Shown piece by piece: positions 1-8,636 of a stretch of 43,000 nucleotides of DNA; within the stretch, counting starts at the first letter, position 1; each line of letters opens with the position of its first letter. The DNA lies in sequence record SRR31156797_21105; one strand, written 5' to 3'. A model generated the notes under the pieces. It was not told where the DNA came from. It saw nothing but the letters and a program-made list of their open reading frames with translations, and did no database searches. The position numbers and the translations under genes are program-made.

Positions 1-1
1 A

Positions 2-1219
2 GAGGTTATGGCTGGTATGCAAAGCGATATAAGAAGCGATGTATACTCTGCGGGATTGCTTTTTTATGAAATGATAACAGGCAAGAACTTGCTTATACCG
101 CCATTTCAGATAAGACCGGTAAAAGAGTCTAGTGAATATTTGCCTGAATACCTTGATGATATTATAGAAAAGGCAACCGATTTCAATCAAACCAATAGAT
201 ATAAAACTGTAGAAGAATTTATTAATGCAATTGAATATCCTGAAATAAAGAAAAAACGACTAAACATATCCTCAAAGCTAATTATAGGTATAGCCATAGG
301 CTTTGTTGTGTTTATAGTAATTGGAACTACTTTCTATTTATTATCAAAACGAGATTTGGCTGTAAAGAACACCCTGGTTCCAACTGATGATATAGTGAAT
401 ACAATCACAGGCAATAATACTGAAAACATAGTGGATACGATTGCCAGCAATGGTACTGATGAGAGTGAAGTTATTGATAAAGCACAATACGAAGTGATTC
501 TGGAACTTGATTTTGAAGATAAATCTGATGCATCATGGTTTGAAATAGCAGGAGATAATGCAGATAGCATCGTAGCAGAAGATTGTATTGATAATGGCAT
601 ATTCACTTTAAAAGGACAAGTCGTATTAAAACAAGCTATTCAAATGGGAAAGTTTGTTCATATAAAAGCAACTTCACCTGATTTTGATAAAACAGGTTCA
701 ATGTTTATGCTGGATTTGACAAGCAGCAGTTGGAGTATGAACTCGGAGTTACAAATGTTTAGATTCTATTTTGAGAATAACAGACCTTTATCCTTTGGTG
801 TGAATAAACATACTGAATATGCATCTGTTAGTCAGATTGAAACAGCTATGATGATGAGAAGCAATATGACAGTAGACATTATTGTCTGGCTGAATGATGA
901 AGATAATTCAATTAGATATATTATTTGTGATTCAGTTGACAAAAGTGATATATGTCTTATGGGAGTAACGCTGGATGACAGCTTGATAAGTGAAACATGG
1001 ATGATAAATATTGAACTGGATACCGGGGTTTGGAATGGAGCTGTTACAGTAGAAGAACTATATACTGACATTGATTTTCTTAATGTTATATCTGGTTCGT
1101 TTACAGCGTATCTAGATGAAAATATCCCATCATATGCATTAAGGAAAGATAGTATAGAGAAATTCATCACTAACTCTGTTCCAAAAATGAGTGAGCTTAA
1201 TTATATGAAGTATGATTAG
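2..1219 (+). CDS. Transmembrane Hanks-type Ser/Thr protein kinase, 5'-truncated by the window edge (kinase C-lobe, one TM, large ectodomain)
   Basis: Frame is open from base 2 (E-V-M-A-G, probably the end of the APE motif). Subdomain IX SDVYSAGLLFYEMITG and subdomain XI '..NRYKTVEEF' are present, then TM LIIGIAIGFVVFIVIGTTFYLL and an acidic beta-rich ectodomain. Confidence 0.88.
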   Translation, partial: EVMAGMQSDIRSDVYSAGLLFYEMITGKNLLIPPFQIRPVKESSEYLPEYLDDIIEKATDFNQTNRYKTVEEFINAIEYPEIKKKRLNISSKLIIGIAIGFVVFIVIGTTFYLLSKRDLAVKNTLVPTDDIVNTITGNNTENIVDTIASNGTDESEVIDKAQYEVILELDFEDKSDASWFEIAGDNADSIVAEDCIDNGIFTLKGQVVLKQAIQMGKFVHIKATSPDFDKTGSMFMLDLTSSSWSMNSELQMFRFYFENNRPLSFGVNKHTEYASVSQIETAMMMRSNMTVDIIVWLNDEDNSIRYIICDSVDKSDICLMGVTLDDSLISETWMINIELDTGVWNGAVTVEELYTDIDFLNVISGSFTAYLDENIPSYALRKDSIEKFITNSVPKMSELNYMKYD

Positions 1220-1265
1220 TAAATAGAGTTAATTTAAAATTAAATATATAACATTATAAATAAGT

Positions 1266-1293
1266 AGAGAGCTCTGGGCTCTCTTTTTTTTTT
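1266..1293 (+). terminator. Rho-independent terminator after the kinase
   Basis: AGAGAGC-TCTGG-GCTCTCT stem-loop followed by a T run. Confidence 0.85.
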
Positions 1294-1368
1294 ACAAATA
1301 TATGGTATTCTAATACTAATAAAAGATATTTAAGTGAAAATTATGAATAATAGTACAAAAATGGATAT

Positions 1369-1845
1369 TTGCTTAGACAAATCAAGGAAGCGAAATCAGA
1401 AAAACTATCAGAGCATGAAAAAGCATGCTGGTTTTGCAAGTCTGAATCTCCTGCAGAAAAAAGCAAATGGGCTAAGCAGCAAATCACAAAACCTGCATCG
1501 TCTAGGTCTTATAAAGTAAAAAGTACATACGAACTATATATGAGCATACCAAGATGTGATAAGTGCTATAGAATACATGCAGCAAAGAAGATATATAATT
1601 CAATATTTATATTAACGATGTTGGCTCCTATAGTACTATCTGCAGCAGGTATAGCATATCCACCACCTATATTAATGTCTGTAGGTATAGGTGGTTTAGT
1701 AGTCGGTACTATTATTTATCAAATAATTATTGGAAAACACACAAAACCGGAAAAGTATAAACTCCAGTATCCGCCTATTTTAGAATTGAGAAGACAAGGT
1801 TACAAGAGGTGGTGGGCAACAATGTTTACTAGAGACTTCCAATAG
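1369..1845 (+). CDS. Small membrane protein with a putative Zn-binding CxxC...CxxC and two TM helices; start uncertain
   Basis: CWFC and CDKC pairs, two hydrophobic segments, basic C-terminus; TTG start without an obvious RBS. Confidence 0.65.
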   Translation: MLRQIKEAKSEKLSEHEKACWFCKSESPAEKSKWAKQQITKPASSRSYKVKSTYELYMSIPRCDKCYRIHAAKKIYNSIFILTMLAPIVLSAAGIAYPPPILMSVGIGGLVVGTIIYQIIIGKHTKPEKYKLQYPPILELRRQGYKRWWATMFTRDFQ

Positions 1846-1884
1846 TAAATTAGTAGATTACTAAAGAATTTTAGGAGTGGAATT

Positions 1885-3042
1885 ATGACAAATATCAGAA
1901 GAGAACTGAGGAAGATTAAGAATCAAGAAATAGGGCAGCAACAAGCAGTTATTCTAGAACTATTAAGTGAGGCAAAAGCAAAGTACCTTGGCTTAATAGC
2001 AAAAAGCATAAATAATAATGAGGTGTTAACAGAAGCTTTAGTTGATAAAGCAAAAGGCTTCCTTGACAGCAAAGATTGGAAAGAGAGGTATTGTGCACTA
2101 GAGGCAGTTAAGGATATAAAAAACGAACAAGTAAATACAATGTTTGTTCAATCACTAAATGACGCGTATAAGGGAATACTTGGATATGCAATTACAGAGT
2201 GCGGAAACAGGAAGCTAAAGGAAAGCGTTGATTTAATTATCCAAGCTTTTGAGATTGATGATTTACATGTCAAGATGAATGCAGCAGACGCATTGGGCAA
2301 TATTGGTGACAAAAAAGCAGTAGATGATCTTATAAGTCAGTTTAAGTATTATGATACCTCTATTAATAACAGTATTATAACTTCACATATAGCTGAAGCG
2401 CTTGGTAAATTAAAAGATGCAGATGCTATTCCAGTGCTTATGAAAGCTCATCAAACCGGAGAGATATTTATGGCCAACACTGAAATAGTGAATGCAATTG
2501 GTGAACTGGGAGCTAAAGACTATTTACCTACTCTTAGTAAATGGAGAGCATCCAGCAAATTATCTGATGAGCGTAATGCAATAAAAAAAATATATGGAAC
2601 TATAAAAGAGCCTTTGGTTATACCATATTTAACAAGCTGCTTGGAGGGAACATATGTAGACTGGGAAGAAACTGTCGTTATGCTTGGAAATACGGGCTGC
2701 ATTGAAGCTGCATCCTCAATTATTAATGGTACTGTATTTGCATCATTTCCGCAGTCATGGATAAGTAATGGATGGGTATCAAGGATACATCTTTCAGGTG
2801 CTATGGCATTACTGAAGCTGCCTCAAGCTGAAGTTCTTCCAATGCTGATTATGCATATAAAAGATTTGACACAAAAAAAGATGTGGTTACAAAGAAGTAT
2901 TTTTTATGATTTTTGTGCACCATTTATTGAGAGGATATCAGATTTAGATGCAAAGCCTTTACTTGAATCATTGCTGGAACACGAAAAAAAGTCAATACGA
3001 AATGCAGCGAAAAAAACTATAGATAGGATGAATAGTCAGTAA
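1885..3042 (+). CDS. HEAT-repeat (PBS-lyase-like) protein
   Basis: Repeated helices such as NAADALGNIGDKKAVDDLI, IAEALGKLKDADAIPVLM, IVNAIGELGAKDYLPTL and IRNAAKKTI; AGGAG RBS. Confidence 0.85.
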   Translation: MTNIRRELRKIKNQEIGQQQAVILELLSEAKAKYLGLIAKSINNNEVLTEALVDKAKGFLDSKDWKERYCALEAVKDIKNEQVNTMFVQSLNDAYKGILGYAITECGNRKLKESVDLIIQAFEIDDLHVKMNAADALGNIGDKKAVDDLISQFKYYDTSINNSIITSHIAEALGKLKDADAIPVLMKAHQTGEIFMANTEIVNAIGELGAKDYLPTLSKWRASSKLSDERNAIKKIYGTIKEPLVIPYLTSCLEGTYVDWEETVVMLGNTGCIEAASSIINGTVFASFPQSWISNGWVSRIHLSGAMALLKLPQAEVLPMLIMHIKDLTQKKMWLQRSIFYDFCAPFIERISDLDAKPLLESLLEHEKKSIRNAAKKTIDRMNSQ

Positions 3043-3083
3043 AAGAATAAGAAATCGTATATTTGTACTGCAGGGACAATATC

Positions 3084-3377
3084 ATGGCTGATAATATTAA
3101 AATAACATATCACTTTAAATGTAATGATGATATTTATATGATTATTGAAAATTGGGCTGAAAAATATGGAATTATTGAAGATAAATTCCCAAAACAGCTT
3201 GGAAGTGATGACCTAACTTATTGTTACAGCCTAAATGAAAACAATCAAAAGACATTGCTTACAATTAATATACTGGATGGAATAGTCTATATTGAAACGT
3301 GGATTATGGCAAGTATCAGTAGAGAGGAATTATCGAAAAAGCATATCAGTGAATTATTAGAAAAACTAAAAAATTAA
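3084..3377 (+). CDS. Hypothetical protein
   Basis: About 97-aa ORF co-oriented between neighbours; ATG at 3084 preceded by CAGGGA. Confidence 0.55.
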   Translation: MADNIKITYHFKCNDDIYMIIENWAEKYGIIEDKFPKQLGSDDLTYCYSLNENNQKTLLTINILDGIVYIETWIMASISREELSKKHISELLEKLKN

Positions 3378-3403
3378 ATAACAGATTAAACTGGAGGTAT
3401 GAA

Positions 3404-5038
3404 ATGAAAAAAATTCTTATGATGATTGCAGTCGTGATGGTTTTAAGCCTAACTGCATGCAGTGAACAGACTGAAGTAGCACAGCCAACAGCAGAGCCAA
3501 CTGAACAGACAGAGACTGAACAACAAGAAAACGAGGATACTGAAATAGCTGACTGGGAGTATGACCAAGCAACAAAAACCCTTTTTGTAAATACGGATAT
3601 GGGAGCCTTTGAACCAGATGCGCCTGATTTTGACGGAACAACAAGCAACGCACCTTGGGCTGAGTATCTGCCAGAGATTGAAAACATTGTGGTTTCAGAC
3701 GATGTGACATATATCGGAGACTATGCTTTTGCCTTTTGTCAAAATCTAAAAAACGTTGAAGCTGGCAATAATATTGGAGCATTGGACTGCAGGTGTTTCT
3801 TTAAGTGCGGTGACTGGGATAACGATTCAAACATTGATTTTCACTTTAACAGCACACCAAGTTATGGTGATGATGTATTCGGCTACACTTGGGACAATCC
3901 TAATGTAATGATTTATGTGCCAGATGATATGAAGGAATACTGGGCAGAGTACATTATGCAAAAGGGAGAAATGAAACTTGATGGATATGAACTGAAAATG
4001 CAATTCTCAAGGGAAGATGTATTGTTTTCTTCGCTTATGAACCCTCAGGAGCTATGGGCAGAGGGAAGCGGGGGCTTTGCAGAAAATCAAGGCGGTGAAT
4101 TTGGCGGCGGAGCATCTGAAAAGAAATTTAATGAAAACGAAATGAGATTGGAAATGTTGTCTGATGATAATGGTGCATGTGTACCATTTAATACAAGCAT
4201 AATGACCTGTATGTCGGATGTAGGTAAAGACAAAACTCCACAGCAGGCTGTTATGATAAAGTTTTCAGCATCAAATGCAAGGGATATAAGATTCTCATTT
4301 GAGGCAATGGATGAGATTTCATTTAGTTTTAGAGATGATGGAATCTACTTTGTCGATGTTGCAAACTTCTTCGAAATGCCTATAACAGATTTTATGCCAA
4401 ACAATCTGGAGATAAAGGATGATACGATTTATTATTTCTTCTTTGCTTTTGATGCCGAAGGTAATATTCGTATGTTTATCTGGGAAGAGGGTTTAGCAGA
4501 AAATCAGGCTTACTTCGAGTATGACCTATACCAGGAGAGTAATGATATTAACAATAGTGATTTGAAGATGTATATTGGATTTGGTGCTAACGGGCAGTTT
4601 AATATCTATGAGTACTGGGTATATACATTTGATAGTTTTATGGACGGTATGCCATATGTGGTAAACACAAATACTCAAAGTAATGATATGCAGGATGGAA
4701 ATAATGATTATGGTCCATCTTGGAATATTAATATCGCTGGCAACTTTGATATTATGAGTGATATGGTGTGGCAGAGTGTAGAACTGCAGGATATAGATGC
4801 TGATGGTGATACATATGCAGGATATAATCTGGCGGAGATGATGAATTTCTCTGGTAATGGTCAGGATAATGCTATGATAGTCTTTGGTCAGCAGGGTGTA
4901 GACGGTATAGAAGTTCATTTAACACAGGATGCATATATTGTGTTTAAAAAGAATGATGAATTTTTAGATGGACCGTATTTGTTAAATGTTGACGGACTGT
5001 CTGAGTATCCAGTAATAGAAGTTCAAACAGATTATTAG
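3404..5038 (+). CDS. Acidic lipoprotein with a short BspA-like leucine-rich-repeat (LRR_5) domain and further beta domains
   Basis: Lipobox SLTAC; GGAGG RBS; APWAEYLPEIENIVVSDDVTYIGDYAFAFCQNLKNV is the typical BspA/TpLRR cap plus repeat. Confidence 0.8.
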   Translation: MKKILMMIAVVMVLSLTACSEQTEVAQPTAEPTEQTETEQQENEDTEIADWEYDQATKTLFVNTDMGAFEPDAPDFDGTTSNAPWAEYLPEIENIVVSDDVTYIGDYAFAFCQNLKNVEAGNNIGALDCRCFFKCGDWDNDSNIDFHFNSTPSYGDDVFGYTWDNPNVMIYVPDDMKEYWAEYIMQKGEMKLDGYELKMQFSREDVLFSSLMNPQELWAEGSGGFAENQGGEFGGGASEKKFNENEMRLEMLSDDNGACVPFNTSIMTCMSDVGKDKTPQQAVMIKFSASNARDIRFSFEAMDEISFSFRDDGIYFVDVANFFEMPITDFMPNNLEIKDDTIYYFFFAFDAEGNIRMFIWEEGLAENQAYFEYDLYQESNDINNSDLKMYIGFGANGQFNIYEYWVYTFDSFMDGMPYVVNTNTQSNDMQDGNNDYGPSWNINIAGNFDIMSDMVWQSVELQDIDADGDTYAGYNLAEMMNFSGNGQDNAMIVFGQQGVDGIEVHLTQDAYIVFKKNDEFLDGPYLLNVDGLSEYPVIEVQTDY

Positions 5039-5115
5039 AGGACTTTGCTTAATATAATGTTATCTGCATTGACTTAACATGATAGGTTCTGGACAAATAA
5101 TAGATGAAAATAGAA

Positions 5116-5147
5116 ACGGCTTAAGAGATGTTGATTTCTTAAGCCGT
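5116..5147. terminator. Probable bidirectional terminator between convergent genes
   Basis: ACGGCTTAAGA / TCTTAAGCCGT 11-bp stem flanked by A- and T-rich sequence. Confidence 0.7.
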
Positions 5148-5374
5148 ATTTATCAGTGGGAATAATTTATGATTGTTATATACATCATACCCAAGTTACA
5201 ATTTTTATTCAATTCAACTCCATGATAATTATGCAAAGAGAAATTACGTTCATCTAATTATAATAAAGTATCTATGAGTGAAGAGTAAACGCAAAACTCT
5301 TCCTTTATAATAGTAGTAGTAAACTACATATCTTCTGCATAAAAGCAAGATATAATACAGTGTTATATTTAATA

Positions 5375-6064
5375 TTATTGTGTTATAGTCTCACCATCGT
5401 GTTTTAGCATTGTAATAGCTTTGACACTTTCAATATTCTTTATTTGAGATGCAAATTCACTATCATTTTTTACATTTGAGAGTTCAATAACAAGTTCAAT
5501 ATCATCATTGAACATACTTCTGCTCATTATTTGGAAATGCCTTGCTTTTTCTTTTATATATTTCATTAATACTTCTTCAGCCTTCACATCATTAAATTTG
5601 ACTACCAGAACTTGAGGAGCCTTCTTTAATGGTATCAATTGATATAGAGTTATGCCTATTGCAATTATTAGGCAGCTAACTATTGCCAAGAGGTACAAAC
5701 CAGCACCAGTTATTATTCCTATCGAAATGGACCAGAACATGAATAAAAGGTCTATTGGATTTTTTATAGCCGTCCTAAAGCGCACAATTGAAAGGGCTCC
5801 TACCATACCTAATGATATAACAATATTTGATTGTACTGCCAAAACAATAGCACAAGTAACCACTGAAACCATGCACATTGCTAGCACATACCCTTTTGAA
5901 TACGGAATATCTTTGACAGTAAATCTGTATACAAAAAACATAAAGAATGACAAGAGCAGTGACAAACAAAGAACAAAAATCATCATTTCTATTGTGATTT
6001 CTTTCAAATAGCCCTCAACAAATGTTTTTTTAAACATATCAGTAAATCTAATCATTTCATCCAA
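5375..6064 (-). CDS. DUF4956 family membrane protein (copy 1)
   Basis: Signature SLGMVGALSIVRFRTAIKNPIDL; several TM helices then a soluble ACT-like C-terminal domain; directly after a VTC-domain gene. Confidence 0.88.
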   Translation of the reverse strand: MDEMIRFTDMFKKTFVEGYLKEITIEMMIFVLCLSLLLSFFMFFVYRFTVKDIPYSKGYVLAMCMVSVVTCAIVLAVQSNIVISLGMVGALSIVRFRTAIKNPIDLLFMFWSISIGIITGAGLYLLAIVSCLIIAIGITLYQLIPLKKAPQVLVVKFNDVKAEEVLMKYIKEKARHFQIMSRSMFNDDIELVIELSNVKNDSEFASQIKNIESVKAITMLKHDGETITQ

Positions 6065-6068
6065 AATT

Positions 6069-6770
6069 CTATCCTCCGTGTTTTAACTTTGTTTTTCCCT
6101 GTGTCGCCATACGACACAATAAATATTTAGAGCAAGCCTGATTCTTGCCATAATCCATCTGTAATAACTGCCTTATATACTCTGGCAGAAATGTATCATA
6201 TTTTATCTCAAGTATACTTTCGTTTGCACTTAGTACAGGAACATGCGAGGAATCCGGCTCAAAGAAAGAGAGATTCACTGGTGCTGATAATTGTGTATCA
6301 AAAGTTATCCGTACATTCCCAGCTTCACATACAAATGCGTTCCTGATATAATTAACAATCTGCATAGGTCTGAGCAGTCTTGTCTTTTTCAAAAGAAGTA
6401 GTTCATTAATAAGTTTATTATCGCAGAAATCTTCAAACATATTATCACAATTTAGTAGTGTTTCAGCCGCTTGTTTTGAAATTAATGTTCTATTCTTATA
6501 GCAATACTCACCTATTTTGATTTTTTTCTCTAGAAAAATGGTATTAATATCATTATTATATGTACGCAGTCTAAACTTTCCACGCTCATATTTTCCAGCC
6601 AATTTATCGTAAAGCCCACTATCTGTTACATCATCAAAGTATATACTTTTGATCAAATATCCGTTTTCATCATCAAACCTATCCCTTTCAAGAATAGGGT
6701 TAAGCCTGTGAAAGAGCTTTATCCTAGTTCTTTCATCTATAATATATTTATGTTCATGACGATACTTCAT
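6069..6770 (-). CDS. Polyphosphate-polymerase (VTC / CYTH-TTM) domain protein (copy 1)
   Basis: RHEHKY, IKSIYFD, KFRLRTY, FLEKKIK, YIRNAF, VRITFD, ILEIKY and SKY motifs. Confidence 0.9.
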   Translation of the reverse strand: MKYRHEHKYIIDERTRIKLFHRLNPILERDRFDDENGYLIKSIYFDDVTDSGLYDKLAGKYERGKFRLRTYNNDINTIFLEKKIKIGEYCYKNRTLISKQAAETLLNCDNMFEDFCDNKLINELLLLKKTRLLRPMQIVNYIRNAFVCEAGNVRITFDTQLSAPVNLSFFEPDSSHVPVLSANESILEIKYDTFLPEYIRQLLQMDYGKNQACSKYLLCRMATQGKTKLKHGG

Positions 6771-6787
6771 CTCTACATATCCTATCT

Positions 6788-8464
6788 TTATCCGAGTATT
6801 TCACCATCTAAATAATCAAGACGACTCTCTAACCATTGTGAAATATATTCTAGTTCTGATTCAACATCTAACGGACGGAAGGCAATACCTAGAATTTCAG
6901 CATTTTCCATGGTTTCATTCCACCTACTAGCCTCACGTCTTAATGCACCAGATGAATCAAGTAAATCATAAGCAGTATAAAACCTTGACATTAGCACGCT
7001 CAATGAAAACTCATCTTGACGCAGTTGTTTCCATTTTTCTACTAATGCATCATTGAAAGAATCAGTGTCTTGTTCCATAAGACGATCATATAGACCGTTT
7101 GTTATTATTCCAGTCTCCGGAGTAATTTCATTTTGCCAGCTGCGTCCAACACAATCATCCAAATCCCATGCAGTAATAAATATTTTGCGTTTTTCTGCTG
7201 TCTCGGTATCTGCTACAGAGTAAAATATATTTTTACCCATATTACCGGTTCCGCCTACAAGATTTATAAACAGATAATATTCTATAAGATTATCATAATC
7301 TATCATTGCAGATATTTTTTCATTAAAGCTCTCATCGTCACCTGCTGTTGTGAGATAAGCAAGCTCATAAAAAGGTTCCCAGTCATATATGTACATTTTT
7401 TCATTTGTATTTGGATATGTAATAACCATTCCCCCCCAGCTTTCTTCAGCCATTACTGGAGTCTCAGGTATGTCCCTAAACGAGTTTATCATCTTACCGT
7501 TATATGTCATTGATATGCCTTTGTATAGTAAACCTCCACCTAAGCCATTATCATTCAGAGCTAAGCCCAATTGCTTACCGTCAATTCTTTCATGTAAAAA
7601 ATATATACCCTTATATTCATTATCTAAATAAAGTTCAATGTACATTCCTCTGCACCCATTGACAACATTTTCATCATAATACACAGTACTAATATCGCAC
7701 CATAAATCCATCAATACGTTTTTACGCATTCTTGAATAATCATTATATGCACCCTCAAGTACCCAATCGTCATCTTTTCTTAGATTAGGAAAGGAAACAT
7801 CGACTTTATTAATGTCTGAATCAATGAATTTGAGATTATAATTCTTCTTATCATACTGTAATGATGTATTTCCACGTACCTCAACTCTTGCTAAGTTAGT
7901 CTCTTGAGTAGTATATTCTGGGTTATTTGGATCATAAAAATAAAACTGATTAACTGAAGTGTTAATAGATAGACATGTCATAATTGGCAGCTTTGTAAAT
8001 TTAAGGTAGTAATTCTCATTCACACCATTGTTAGAAATTGTAATTTCATAATTTTTTTCAAAGGACACCTCAACGCCTGTATCCTTACTGATTTCTATAC
8101 CATCCAGTAAAATGCAGTCTGATTCATTGTAAAATTCGATATCTAATGTAACTATATCGCCTTGTAATATATCCTCAGACAGCGGCATCAGAAACGTATT
8201 CGATATACTGTCATACGCACATATAGTTTCGTTTATTTTCAATGTTTGATCTTCGATATTAATTTCTTCAAAAGATGACATTCCTTCTTCTACTTCATCA
8301 AGTTTCAACTCGTAAGAATAATCGTGTTTTTCTAAAAAAGCAGCAACTACATTTTCGGGTCCAAGCTGACTTTTCATTATTGAATATCCCAAGAAGATGC
8401 ATGCTAAAATGACAATAAATATAAGTAAACGCAATGTTCTCTTTATGTTAATTCTCTCTGTCAT
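6788..8464 (-). CDS. CotH-family kinase with N-terminal membrane anchor (copy 1)
   Basis: RGNTSLQYDKKNY, DDDWVLEGAYNDYSRMR, YLDNEYKGIYFLHE, GNMGKN and AWDLD motifs; TM LLIFIVILACIFLGYSIM. Start placed at ATG 8464 (ORF track starts at 8512). Confidence 0.88.
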   Translation of the reverse strand: MTERINIKRTLRLLIFIVILACIFLGYSIMKSQLGPENVVAAFLEKHDYSYELKLDEVEEGMSSFEEINIEDQTLKINETICAYDSISNTFLMPLSEDILQGDIVTLDIEFYNESDCILLDGIEISKDTGVEVSFEKNYEITISNNGVNENYYLKFTKLPIMTCLSINTSVNQFYFYDPNNPEYTTQETNLARVEVRGNTSLQYDKKNYNLKFIDSDINKVDVSFPNLRKDDDWVLEGAYNDYSRMRKNVLMDLWCDISTVYYDENVVNGCRGMYIELYLDNEYKGIYFLHERIDGKQLGLALNDNGLGGGLLYKGISMTYNGKMINSFRDIPETPVMAEESWGGMVITYPNTNEKMYIYDWEPFYELAYLTTAGDDESFNEKISAMIDYDNLIEYYLFINLVGGTGNMGKNIFYSVADTETAEKRKIFITAWDLDDCVGRSWQNEITPETGIITNGLYDRLMEQDTDSFNDALVEKWKQLRQDEFSLSVLMSRFYTAYDLLDSSGALRREASRWNETMENAEILGIAFRPLDVESELEYISQWLESRLDYLDGEILG

Positions 8465-8472
8465 ATCTATAT

Positions 8473-8501
8473 AATATACTATATGCTTTTTCTTATTGCA
8501 A
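8473..8501 (-). promoter_or_regulatory. Putative sigma-A promoter of CotH cassette 1
   Basis: TTGCAA-17 bp-TATATT on the minus strand, 8 nt upstream of ATG 8464. Confidence 0.5.
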
Positions 8502-8636
8502 TACTTAAGCAAACATATTGGTGATTTTACCTTTGCTCTTACTTATAAGGATTAAAAAGAATTCAGAATATTAGATAATAAAGTTTTTATCTGTAAATTG
8601 AAAACCCAAAATTGATATTTTACTAAGGAGGGCAAT

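Noticed and set aside
1334-1519. 61-aa ORF overlapping the start of 1369-1845 (possible frameshifted start)
   Set aside because: No recognisable features; a frameshift cannot be supported without homologs.
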